Below, piece by piece: positions 36,016-48,762 of a stretch of 56,616 bases of DNA (the stretch's first letter is position 1; every line of letters begins with the position of its first letter). The position numbers and the translations under genes are program-made. The notes beneath the pieces were generated by a model, which made no database searches, was not told the origin of the DNA, and was given only the letters and a program-made list of their open reading frames with translations. Where the stretch lies: positions 140,845-197,460 of the forward strand of contig NW_003314266.1 in assembly GCF_000143415.4 (NCBI RefSeq). The letters run 5' to 3'. The DNA is from Selaginella moellendorffii (Eukaryota > Plantae > Lycopodiophyta).

Positions 36016-38667
36016 ATGGTGCGGAGCCACGGCTGGCAGCTGCCTGCGCACGGGTTTCAGGTAAATATGGCGCCGTGGAATTCGACCAACTGAGCGAGCT
36101 CTTTTTGCAGGTTGTGGCGATCACTGTGTTCTTCCTCCTCGTAGTCGCGTATTTCGTGTTTTTCGCGCCTTTCATTGGGCCCAATCCGTGGCAGTATATC
36201 GTAATTGGGTTTTACTCGATCTTGGTGAGTCTTTCTTCGCAATTTCTCACTCTTGGAATTTGTAAGCGCTCAATTTCGTTAACTTTGCAGGCACTTGTGG
36301 TGTTCTTTCTTTACGTCAGATGCACAGGAATCAATCCTGCGGACTCCGGAGTTTTTGTTGGCCAGAGATTTCCCGAGCAGAATGAGTTGAAAGGGCTGGT
36401 CTCGGAGTCATCCGGAAGTGTGGTTCACAGACATGGAGTGTCGGAAGTTCCCTCCGGTGTCGAGGACAACAGAGAAAGAGGGCTGCTGTCAGTTTGCTGC
36501 GGCCTGATCTGTGGCTGCCTTGTTTTGCCGGATAACTGGTGGAAGCAAGAGCCATTGCCTACGCAACTGGACGAAGATGTCCTTTACTGCACACTATGTA
36601 ACGCAGAGGTTTGAGTTCTTTCCGTGAGTATGTCGACATTGATTTGATAAGTTTGGTTTATCTCACGCAGGTTCATAAGTTCAGCAAGCATTGTCGAAGC
36701 TGTGATAAGTGTGTTGATGGATTCGATCACCATTGTCGTGTAAGTTTTCATTCAAGCAGATGTAATATTTTTGTACTGACAGTTTTGCTTTCAGTGGTTG
36801 AATAATTGCGTCGGTAAGAAGAACTATCCAAGTTTTGTAGCGCTTATGGCAGCAAGTCTTATCTTGGTATCGTGTATTTCTGTTTTGAAGGAAATATCCT
36901 GCTTCTAATCTACTTTTAGACGCGCGCAGCTTATTTTGCAGTGGGGATCCGGTATTGCTGTCCTTGTGCGGTGTTTTGTTCACGAGGAAGATACGAAAAG
37001 CGAGATTGTAACGAAACTTGGGAATGGATTTACGCGAGCGCCCTTTGCAGCAGTTGTGGTAAGCCGTCATGGTTTATTTCGTCTATCAACAAAGTCAATG
37101 TTTGCCTTGCTAGGCAACGTGTACTCTGGTTTCTGTACTAGCGTCAGTTCCCCTCGGCGAGCTTTTCTTTTTCCACGTTATACTCATGAGAAAGGTGTGT
37201 TGTGCGCGCAATCTGGTTCAGTGCTTAGTCTTTTATTTTTGTCCAGGGAATTACAACATATGAGTACGTCGTAGCGATGAGAGCGCAAAACGAGCAACAA
37301 GGGCCATCCGTGGAAGGAGAAGCACTAAGTGCTCCATCATCACCAGGAAGTTCAACCGCGACTGGGATAACGGGCTCCAGCTCCCTGGGACTTCAATACA
37401 GGGGTGCCTGGTGTACGCCGCCAAGAGTCTTCATTGATCACCAGGTACGTTTATCTGCTGTCGTGCGCTGTAGTTTATTCCATTTTTTCTCCTTGTTTTG
37501 ATTTAGGACGAAGTTATTCCACATCTAGAGCCAGGAAGAGTACCGTCAACCGTTGATCCTGATTCTGTTCCGAAGCTGGACAAGAAGTCTCAGAAACCAC
37601 AAGTGAGGATAAGTGCATGGAAGCTGGCAAAGCTGAATCCAACTGAAGCTGCCAAGGCCGCAGCAAAAGCCAGGGAAACCTCGTCGGTTATAAAGCAGAT
37701 ACCAGGCAAAGGGGTAGAGATGGACTACAGTTCAAGCGATGTAGGCAGCAGCAGAAGCAGTGCCAGTACCGACTTTGCTACAATGCGTGGGAAAAGAGCT
37801 GACGAGGGGCGGTTTTCGGCCTCGAAACTTGTCGTGCCGCGCCCAAGGGAGGAATACAACATCCACTTCGATTCGGGAGACAACGTGACCTCGAGCAGAA
37901 GCAGCATCAGCAGTCCCAGGCATGTCTTGAACGACTCGGACGGATTGAGTCCTCTACCTTCGAAGCCGAACTATGCTCCAACCAGCACACTGCGCCTGTC
38001 AACTCCTCGCTCACTCGGATCAACACAAGAATCTACGGTTCGTACCTCCAACGTGAGACCCTTCACTCGTCCTCAGCGGTACACACTTTGGGGGGCTGGG
38101 AAATATGGTGGGAATGATTCTTCGAGCCTGGATAGCTTAGAGGACAGGGCGTCGGGATTCCTGGGTAGACCAAAGGGTGGTGACGGGAAAGCGAGTCCGG
38201 GGAAGAAGAACTCCGTGTTCTCTTACATCAGGCAGGCATGGCCGGAGGTATCGGTTCCTGCCTCGTCCTACGATATAGAAAGCGGGCAAAGAACAGCACG
38301 CCCAGCGTTCGTCCCAGCCACAGAGAGCACGTCAAACCTTCCAAGCACAGTGCGAAAGGCTCAAGACGCTCCTCTCCGGAAGGCTGACGACCTCTTGTAC
38401 CCGGAGAACAGCATTTTCTTCGGTGGACCTCTTCACGTCCCGGGCACAGGGAAGCCGAGCTCTCAGCAGCATCAGCAGCAGCAGCAGCAGGAGCAACAAC
38501 AGCATCAAACGACGCGTTTCAATGCTGCTCCCAGATCGGCCACCGAGTCGGCAGTTTTCCAGTCGGGTAGGCAGCCTTTTCGGGGATCAGCAGCTCGATC
38601 GTATTCTCCAGTTTTTGCCCCTCGGCTTTTCAATCCGGGAGGTGGAGGCTATCCTCCGGCAACTTGA
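36016..38667 (+). CDS. DHHC protein S-acyltransferase (PAT19/20/22-like), multi-exon
   Basis: Exon 1 [15 protein letters not shown]; VVAITVF; [43 protein letters not shown]; [12 protein letters not shown]; [10 protein letters not shown]; [11 protein letters not shown]. Confidence 0.95.
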
Positions 38668-38973
38668 TGGGTTCTTTGCGGCAGGGGGGACTTTGAGTTT
38701 GGGGAGTTTTCGGGATTTTTTTTAAAGGCAAGTGTTTTGCTCTCGTTGATTAGATTCCTCGTTGTTTGATTCGAGTAGCTGTTAGATAGTTTAGGACGAG
38801 ATGATGGGAACTCACGAACTGCTTGATTTGTTTTTGCTTTTTCTTTGCAGGTGTCTGATGGCCCTCGTGAAGACGACGTTCTTTTCACATTCTCGCAGTT
38901 ATATGAGATGTTCAAATGACGTGTAGGGAGTTCTAGATGACTCAGGTCTGTGTACATTTCATTCATGCAGCGA

Positions 38974-39046
38974 ACTAATTTGATAGTGGAACTTTTCCAA
39001 GCTTTTATTATCACTAATTTGATAGTGGAACTTTTCCAAGCTTTTA
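38974..39046. repeat. Short direct duplication
   Basis: actaatttgatagtggaacttttccaagctttta occurs twice. Confidence 0.85.
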
Positions 39047-39275
39047 TACCAGTTTCTCGAGCAGATGCAAAATCGTTGTTTTTGTGAAGATAAAGCTCGG
39101 CTATGAAATCCAGACATGAATGGGAATACTTCCGATGGATTTGCTTGGAGCTCCATAACTAAAGAGCATCTCTCGCAAAAAAAATTTATCCGGTTTATAT
39201 TTTTACAGCCGACCCTAATGGAAACCCTAATTTTATTCTAGGCATATACTTTTCATTTCGGGAGGAGGGCGAGAA

Positions 39276-42200
39276 ATGGCGAGGCGCATCGCGAATCCAA
39301 GGTACTACCAAGGAGTAGTTGTCGTAGCCGCGGCTCCGTCCTTTTGGGAGCTGCTAGTGCTGTGCGTTGTGGTGCTGGGCATGCTCTCGTTCTTGGTGCT
39401 CTCGCTCCTCGTTTTCAAGTTCTGGAAGCGCAACACGCACCAGCCAAAGGGGCGACGAGTTTTCGCGCAGCGGCGACAATCCACACTCACAGCTTTCGCG
39501 CAGCCCAGCAGGGAGTGCTCGTTTTGCTGCATCGACATCAACTTGCTCAAGCTCAAGACAAGTAAGCATTTCCATTTTTTTTATAAAGGGGTGTTTAGTT
39601 TTGGTGTTGACCTTTATTCCACTTGTTTCTAACCTCTGTTTACAGTGTCCGGGATTCGGAATATTGACTTTGGCCGGACTCCTGCTGTACGACCATCGAG
39701 TAATAACCCAATCTTCTATGCTCCTCGCATCAGTGACTACGAATGTAAGTTTTCTTGTTTATCTTCCAGGGCCTGGCTGACTTTGATTTGTTTCTTTTTT
39801 TTTTTCATAGACCTTCTTGACTACCAACACTCGAGAATGATGCCAGGTGTTGTTCTTGACTTCCAGAGCTCAAGAATGGTGCCAGCGGTTCACAGCGGGT
39901 CCCTTGACACTGATCTAGCTGAGCTGCCACGGAGCGTTGTTCCACAGCCTCCAAGCACCTCGGAAATTCGTTTGCCTTTGACAACGCTCGACTTTGTGAT
40001 CCCCCCGGCTTTCATGCCTGGTCAGCTGCAGCAAGAGCAAAGCCATCACGACATAACGACTGCATCCAGCTTGAGCTCTGAGTCGCAGTTACTGCCGGAG
40101 ATTGACAATGAAGTAAGCTCACTCTGCTTTTCATATTGTCACTAACACACACCTGATGCAGTTTCTCAAGCGCTTGGAGGTTGTCTCTGAGCTCCTTACC
40201 GCAAGCTCAATCCAGGAGTCACGCATGGCCATGGCTTGTGTTGGTTATGGCCAGCTACAGTGTTTGCTCATGATCTTGCTTCAGCAGCAGAGTCATGACG
40301 ATGGTGTGCTCAACAGGTCCAATGAGGTAAGCTTTCTCGTCTTTCCAGTCTACTTGGATCATTGTCTAATCTCTTTGTCCATGCAGTTTTCACGTACGCT
40401 GGTAAAGCACACAAGAGAAGCCAAGTGTACATTCCTCGACCTCAATCAAGACATATCGGTCTCACAACTCTACGGCCAAGACTTTATGCCTCTGCAGCGT
40501 CAATCGGTGATGATCAAGGGATCACGGAGCAATGCAATCTTCACGCTCCAGGTGATTAGTGAGCCCGGCTTAATTCCCGGATGTGGTTCGAAGTCCTACA
40601 ACTCTAGCGTAAGAATACTTTCCATATTCCTTGGCTCAGTGGTTCCGAGTCCAGCATACTCTTTTCCGCTAAATGTAAGTCTATCTTTTCCTGGCTCCAC
40701 AATTAACACTTGGCTTCTATAGGTTGCGTTGCCGGAGCTGGCAAGTGGTGCTCGTTCTGTTCTTCGCATCACCGGCGGCATGGAAGCTCCTCTTCCTGGT
40801 CGGCTTGGTGCTCGGCTGCTGCTCAACAATCTATGCTGTTCACGCTTTTCTGGTGATCTTTCCTCGTGGACTTGTGTGGAGCTCCAGGTGCCGAGTTATC
40901 CATCACTGTTTGAGTTGGCGGTGCTCAAACTCAACGCAGTTATTCCGCAGCCTCCAATCACCCCACTGCTTATCAAGCTAGTCTGCGTCAACTTCCAAGG
41001 AGATTACAATACTACTAACTGTAAGCTGTTTATGTTTTTGTTTGCATCATCCTTATCAAGTGTTTTGGTTTGAAGTTCCAGCAATCTGCGAGCGGGAAGT
41101 ACATCGCGACATTGTGCCTGAGCGAGGAAAACAAGAAGCTCCTTGGTTCCTTGGTGCTCGGCTGCTGCTCAACGATGATGAAAGCCCTCCATGCTCTTTA
41201 CGGTTTTGTGGCACTCTTTCCTCCGGGACTTGTGTTGAGCTCCAGGCGCCGATTTATCCATCACTGATCGAGCGAGCGTCACTTTATGAACCATATCGTA
41301 AGCTGCACTTCAGATTTTCGTTCTTTACGATAATTGACGACAATTGGTTTGCAGGGGTGTGCTCGTTTGGTGTCATCGACATCAGCAAGATCACGCTCAA
41401 GACAAGTAAGCTTTTCTCATTCTTTTTACCTTTGTTTTGTTTTTAACTGTTTTGACAGTGTCGGGGCTTACTTTCCCGTGGCATAGCAGCTTTCGTGCTT
41501 TGGAATCGACACTCCCTGATGATCACGATGCTTATACAGATGTAAGTACTTTTCCAAATTCCTTGTGGATTTTAGCTCTGAATTGAGCAGGAGGTCTTTG
41601 ACATGTTTATTAATCTTATTCACGCGTCAAAAGGTGGCTGGAAATATTTTAATTTACACGTACGTTTGAATCTAATAATTTTCAGTCAATGTTTTTTGGA
41701 TCTTTATTCTAATATGTGAATGCAGGGACTATACGCTGGCTTTAAAGACGCTTGGCTTTTGCGTGGTGGCCAATTTCGAGCTGAGGTACAAGAGCTGCGA
41801 AGGCGTGGTGCTCCACCTTTTAGTGCCACGAGCGAGCAGCAAAACTATGAGTGGGAAAGTCACAACATTCTAGAAAAGCAAGAAGCGGCCAGCTTGAATG
41901 ATCAGTCAGACAACAGTGCTATTTTAATGAGCAGGCCACCATCCATTCATCAACTTGAAAGCTCTGGCAACTTCTTGGAGGTGATATCGATTGCGGCGGA
42001 TTGCTCCTCCGAGGATTTGGAGCGCCAAGTTCGTGGTTCAAGACACGTAAGTATTTTTACAGTTTCTCATGGATGTTATACCTGAATTTGTGTTATGCAG
42101 TTTTCGGATGCCGCCTTCAATGACGCAGGAGGAGAAAAGTACTTAGATTTGATGCGGCACGAGCCAGCTGGAGACCTGGAGGATGGCTGGGAGAAATATC

Positions 42201-42460
42201 CAGAAATCGAAGAGCTGCCGATAGATGAAGGATGGATCGACTTTTCCGAATTGGTGAGCGATAAGCAGGGAGATAGTGCTGTTTTTGTGGAGATCCGTGA
42301 AGCTGATCAACCTGGGAGCTCAGAGAACGAGGATGATTTGACGCCTTATGCAGCAGCAGAACTGCTAGATGCCTTGACATTCATGGGCGACATTGCGACA
42401 CCATTGTTTTGTGCCACCGGTAATTGTGGTTTTCTGTTCTGTTGTTTTCTCTTCTCCTTT
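39276..42460 (+). pseudogene. Multi-exon gene or pseudogene of unknown function, copy B
   Basis: Inverted near-identical copy of 24480-27688. Confidence 0.45.
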
Positions 42461-45032
42461 TAGCGGTCACTGACACACACACTTGAACAGGAATTGAGAA
42501 GGCGATTATTATGACAAGTGGTGGTGAACAAAAGGTGTGCTAGCATTTTCAAGGCCATTTCAGCGTATGCAGCACCCATACAGCCGTGAGGCAAAGGATC
42601 AAAATCCAGCAAGCTCTCGCCGCTGTCACCGTGACAGATAATTGAAGCCGACATAATTTTATTTTCCCTCAAGGGTCATCACGGTCAAATGAAACACCGG
42701 AAGTATTGGAGCTGCCTTCGACACGAAGTTTACGGTAGCAAGTTGCGGGAGTGAAGCAGCTGGCTTGCTGCAAACAGTTGGTTTGACTTAGCTACGAGCG
42801 GCTGGACGAGGCTCAGGCGGGTCTCGGAAGGTCTCAGGATAGACTTCAGCAAGTTGCGTTTCGACGCTCTGGATATGTGCAATGTGTGGCTACTAGGCGA
42901 GCCTGGATCGCCAGGCCAGAGTGTTGCTGCAAGCCGGGAACTCTGGTATTCGTGAGAACTCACAGATGTATCTACTCCAGCTCGGCAGGCATGCTTTCGG
43001 CAACTACAGAGAGAAATGTTCCGGCTTTGGAAGATGGCGATCCGGTTCGAATTCTCGGCCAACAGTCCTCTGGAGACAACGAGGTTGACAAAGGATACAA
43101 ACTACCTGGACAAGGCTGTACTCTTATTCTAGTTCCGTCAGGCTTTCAAACAGGCTTTCTCCAGACGCTAAGATTTACACGGTTTTGCTCTGTTTGACCA
43201 AGGCAAGAGTGGATGAGGCGTAGTTCTCTTGAAGCTGGTATGGTATTGCAACTTCTGGCTGAAAGCTTCTCGTCACCGACTGTTTCCATCATAGGCAGGA
43301 AACTTGTATGAAGTCTTTGACGCGGTGCCAGAGACGGAAGTTTCTCCAAACTGTGACTTCGACATGGAAATCTCGACATCTTCGCAAGGGAAAAAAGCTC
43401 GGAGGCATGCTGTGCCAGGCTCACAGGCCTGATCGTTCGAAACGTCGTCTGATTCACGAGGTAATGAAGGAGTCCAGGTGCTCGGCCGACGTGCCTGCTA
43501 CGGAGGATTCCAGAAGCTTACGACAATGTGGTCACCTTCGTGTATAGCACTCTGCGGTGGAGGCTATCTCTTCTAACAGGTTCCTGAGCAGTGCTACGAG
43601 CAAATTCTTGAAAGGAAAGGAGCGAGCTAGTTTTGAGGCCGCGAGGACAGGTTTTGAGGCACCATAGCTTCCGGATTGAGGCACAACTCCAGGGTTTTAC
43701 GGAGTTTGGAAAGTCGAGTAGAAACTCCAGGGTGATGCAGAAGCTGGAACAGATCCTTCAACAGATTTCTCGAGCATGACCAGTGGTGTGCAACCTCCAC
43801 TTTGTCGAGACCTCAAGGGTGCTCAAGATGATATTTAGCTTCTCCTTGATGATGGAAAAACTGGCGGCAGCAACGATCTGAGGACGCACATATTTGAACT
43901 TCTGGACCAGCTGAGAATGGCAATGATACCGATTCTTCCCGTATATAATGTTGTGGTGGCAGTGCAAGTACATCGACCGCTTAAGCAGGAAAATATGGAA
44001 GGTGTTGAGTTTGGGGAGGTGGTAATGAAACACTTGTGCAAGTGACTGTTCTTTCATCAGCTTTTCTTTCAGAACAAGGTACGCGTTCGGGCGGCCTGCC
44101 ATAGAAAGTGTCCAACGATCACTCACACCGGAGATATAGAGCTCATGGGCAGAGATGATTTGCTCACCTTGACGGTTGGACGAGGCAAAGGATCTAAATC
44201 CAGCAAGCTCTGGTCGCTCTACTTTGCGAGCTGGGATCACAGGAGTCAGGGAAATGCTAGAAGCGGAGTTCAAGGTGTTACTCAAGAATATAGTCACCTA
44301 TAACGTTAATGCATTGGAGCTGTTCCTCCCGATGAGGAACTTGAGAACTCTTTTGGCGGTGGTGATCACTACGTGCCCAAAACTACCTGGAGATGTCAGG
44401 TGCTCCCATTGCTGTTAACCACAACACTTTAGTGACTCTTCTCGGCTGCAAAGCAAGTGTTTTAGCTTCAGGCAGAGTGGATGAGGCGTAACAGGTGCTG
44501 ATCTCTGATATTGCAACTTCCTCTTGTCACCAAGTGTTTTCACCATAGGTGGCCGGCAGATACTGTGACTTGAGACAAGGAAAGCTCGACATCTTCGTAG
44601 GGAAAAGCTTGCAGGCAAGCATGTTCCAGCTGCGCCAGGCTCACAGGCTCGATCCATGCTCCCAAAGGGATGGTGATGGCGGACGCAATGATTGCCGCAA
44701 TCTCTCCTAAGAGCAGTGCTAAGAGCAAATGGTTGAAAAGGAACAGCGAGTACGAGAGTTTGCCAATAAATTAAAGGTTGAATTAAACATTTATTTTGAC
44801 AGTAGCCCATTAGGTTTAAATTGATTAATTTAAAAGATGCTGCCATTTTCTGGGCAGATCCTTGAACTTGAGCTTCCTGGATGGTATTTCGAGCGCATCT
44901 GTCAGAGATTCACCTCGAGAACATGAATGCCCTATGGATGAAGCTATTCTACAATGATCTTGAGCACAAAACCGAGTAGATCAACACAACCTTTGAAGTT
45001 ATTAATCAACAAAATCCATGGAAAACGATGCT

Positions 45033-45679
45033 CTACGTCATGCTCACGAGCTCCCGGAGCCTCTGCACGAGAGCATTATCGATCTGGAACGTCCTCTCAA
45101 TGACAGCGTCCAAGATAGGCGGGTTCGAGCCAAACACGGCCTTGGCAACCTGGGAGACTCCGGGGTTCTGCGAGTTGAACCCGGCCACCGCCACCGCGGG
45201 CTCTCTGCCAGTGTTGATCTGGAAGTGAACCAGTCCTCGAGGGAAGACGAAGAGCTCGCCGGGATTGATTGTCTGAGCGAAGAGCTGGTTATCCGGTGCA
45301 GTGGTGACAAAGCCCACGTGGACGAGGAAGAGGAGCTCGGTTCCTTGTGGATGGGGTTGACACCGCCGCGAGCGTAGTCAAGGCGCGCAAACGAGACGCC
45401 CAGAGTGTTGAGTCCAGGGAAATTGCCAACGTTTGCAGCATTGACGGCGGAGCCGAGCCTGTTGCTGGTGTTGCCCGGCCTGAGCAAGCCCGACTTGAAG
45501 TCCTCAGCCACCACCGCTGCCATGGGCTTGCATACCTTGCCATTGATGATGATAGTGCTGTTGTTGTCTGTGACACAGACGCCCTGGAGCATGTCCTTGT
45601 CAGTAGCGAGGACGAGTGGGGGTGGCGAGTGCGCAAAGATCAAGTTGGTGATGAGAATTGCCTGCATTGTTGCCGCCAT
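45033..45679 (-). pseudogene. Germin-like protein copy 3 with deletions and a frameshift
   Basis: Homologous to 28607-29278, but germin box 1 is truncated (GGVNPIHK) and the frame shifts before GFVTTAPD. Confidence 0.9.
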
Positions 45680-46569
45680 GGAATGAGAGAAACGATGAAG
45701 AACTATCCTTGACCTGAGACACTGTCGAGAGGGGTTTATAAAAAGGGTCTAGGACGATCTAACACCTCTAATTGACACTAGACTTGCATGGCCTTCCTCA
45801 TCCATTGATCATTGTAAGTTGAAACTATCCAATAACCATATTAACATTAATTTATATCATTTATGAATAATTTATCTTGCAAAGAATTTGAAGATCTATC
45901 TGGAAGATTTGGAAGGTTGAGTTCCAGTGCAACCAAGAAGATGAGATTCTTGGAAGATCTATAGCGACCAAACATCCTCACTTGGATGTTTCTTCATTGT
46001 GGCATTGGAAGCACACTACCCAGATCCCCAACATATGTGTGCTTTGCATGATCTCGCTCCACAATACCACATCCTTGGAAGGAATCTCCCAAAAAAATTT
46101 CATGGCCTTGATGATATCCCCAATCTATATTGTGTTTCATAGAACAATATTGTGTGCTTGATTTAGCACTTTATTTTTCTTCTTTTAAACCAACTAGAAA
46201 AGAGGCAATTATTTGATGAAAAAGCCCTTCATGGGATCTTTGATGGATTAGAAGGTGACTTCTATTTCTGCACTTTCTATGCTATACATTTGAATAATGA
46301 GATTGGACAAGAGTCATCTTAGGCTCCTCCTGCTAAAATCTACATATGGATTCACTTGCATTTTTATCAAGATTAATTTTTAGAGTTTTTTTTGGCTAAT
46401 GTGGAACACAGAAAATATATTATGTGTATTAAAGTAGAAAAAGACCTTGAACTGCTAGAAGATATTGGTTCAATATAGAATGATGTTCAAAATTTAAAAT
46501 CTTTTAAATGAAAACTTTTGGAAACTTTTAAAGATTGAATAAACCAAGAGCTTTCTAGAGGGGTTTAAC

Positions 46570-46763
46570 TGTAAGCAACCAAAGAGAACAACTCAAGAAA
46601 TGATTTATAAAGTTCAAATATAAAGGGAAAAGGCCTATAAACAAAAGTGCACCCCTTTTTCCAATTGGTTAATAGTCTTGGGATATTTAGGGTTAATCGT
46701 CCTTGGGTTTGAATAGTATTGGGCTGAGTAATCTCCTGAGAAGACCAAATTCAAGAGCTTACA
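46570..46763 (+). mobile_element. 194-bp solo LTR with a 5S rRNA-derived segment (Cassandra-like), 5-bp TSD TTAAC
   Basis: Ends tgtaagc...gcttaca; ttaac at 46565-46569 and 46764-46768; absent from the left-arm site (about 8450); 5S-like stretch at 46692-46746. Confidence 0.9.
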
Positions 46764-47602
46764 TTAACCCCTCATTGATTAATTATATCCTTAACTATTT
46801 ATTATCAATTACCAACTCAAAATCATAGGTAGTATGATTGTTTTTATGTTTAAAGTTTTATAAGTTTTAAAAGTTTTTTTAGTGCATCACTGGTTTGTTG
46901 AGATATATTGCATTCGAAACTTTCCAAACCAATTTATACTTTTGTTAACATCATGCACTTAAAGTTTATGAAGGAGATCCCACTCTTTTATATTAGTTAA
47001 TAATATTATTCAACAATATATTTTGATTGGTAGAAAATGTATTTTTCTTTAAATTATTAGTTTTTATTATTTATTTATTGAATGTTAGTGATATATATTG
47101 TGAGTAATAAATAGTTTATATGCTATAATACTATAATTAACATATTACTTAGGCAGGGTATTTTATATATATATATAGACCTTACCCCCCAGAAGATGAA
47201 ATGTAAGGTGATGATAATAAGTCAAATGAAACATCTAGAGCTTTTGCAGAGCAATTATAGATTGCTATGAGAATCTAAAGTTACATTAGTTCATTATTAA
47301 ATCCTGATGAACTAATTACAACTCTGTGTATAACTACTAAACATTCAAACCAATCTTGAAGCTATAATTTTGAAATAAGGGATTTTGAGAGCCATTACAA
47401 TTTGTAAAGCATCACTACAATAAATGATACATCATGCTTCTTAGTCTACCCACCAACCATCCTCCAAGACTATTACTAACTCAAACTCACAACCATCAGC
47501 AAAATTTACCTTTGCATCTTCCCTTTGGTCAACATCCAAGATTTGTGTTAACTCGAACTCATGACCTTTGTTTTCATTTAACACCACACATGGGAAGTCA
47601 AA

Positions 47603-48748
47603 TTTCGCGAATATGATTTCGGGTATTGAAAGTTATTTGTCAGCTAGTCCTTTCAAATATTTTTTCTTTACTACCACGATGGCAAGAGGTTGGTATTGTT
47701 GGACCCTTTATTAATCCCTCTTGTTCAAGTGTTAGTAAATTGGACTTTGCATCAATATTTAGCTGGATGAGCATAAGGATGGAATTTGTAAGTGTCTATT
47801 TAGCCAAGTATACTTGGCCTGGCTTTTTAATTCTCTTTTGCTCTGTCTTGCATTAACTTGACAAGAACCCTTGTGTATTGAGACTAGTCCCTCAATATCG
47901 CTAAATGACAGCTTACCGTGTCTGTTAAACACTTTTGTTATCATGCCCTTTGTATTAGTCTCATTTCAGTCCCAAATGCTATTTATGGAAAGTGTCTAGA
48001 TTCACTCATTTGGCATATCTACAAAATGTAGAGATCAGCCTGAACACAATGGTGTTCATCCTGTGTCCAAATTCGCAATCTAAGAACATTCCATATTTAG
48101 TAAGTTTTGAGCTTGTCCTAGAGACTAACTCTTGATACTAAGGGAGGATTGAGCCCAAAGCATGTGTTCCTCAAGGGGGGGGGGGGGGGGGACTGTGGGT
48201 GGTTTCAAATGTATAGTAAGGATAATGGGTAGGTCGGGCATGGCTGACTAACCTGAGGCATAGTCTAACTCCCACTTGTATGCCTATCTTTATTCTACGT
48301 CTGATCTGGGTTTAAACCCAAGTTCCATTCCATGCTAACTGATGGAGTACCCATGTCCTTACATTAGGCCACCGGTATGCCAAAATAGCACTAGACTCTG
48401 TTTGGCTCTGTTTTGCGTGTTGGTTCTAGCATTGGGATGCTGATTATTCCAAAACTGTTTCAAGTTGCTCTGGGCTCCTGTCCCTTCGCTCCTTTGGTTA
48501 TATGCTCGGGAGTTGCTTCGTGGTCCGGTTCCGTCACTCCTTGGCGCCATGCTTGGGAGTTTGGCACCATTCTTTTGTTTAGTGGCTCAAGGCCTTGAAC
48601 CTCAGGTTCCACACCACTATCCTTTGGACACGTGATATGTGACACGTGCCATCTGTCACGTGGCACAAAGAGGGTTTAGGTTCAGCTTCATGATGTTATC
48701 CTATGGTAAATCACCATAGAATAAAAGGTAGAAACCATGTGCATTACA
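47603..48748 (+). repeat. 5' LTR
   Basis: tttcgcgaat (the 3' LTR has tgtcgcgaat)...gcattaca, colinear with 54261-55417. Confidence 0.82.
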
Positions 48749-48750
48749 TT

Positions 48751-48762
48751 TGGTATCAAAGG
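48751..48762 (+). promoter_or_regulatory. Primer-binding site, tRNA-iMet type
   Basis: tggtatcaaagg resembles the canonical TGGTATCAGAGC, 2 nt after the LTR. Confidence 0.75.

Noticed and set aside
35967-36060. ORF-track start MLLAMRR for the DHHC gene
   Set aside because: The conserved [13 protein letters not shown]-terminus starts at 36016 in another frame and splices at 36060.
46692-46746. Functional 5S rRNA gene
   Set aside because: Only ~55 nt of the internal part matches, and it is embedded in a TSD-flanked LTR.
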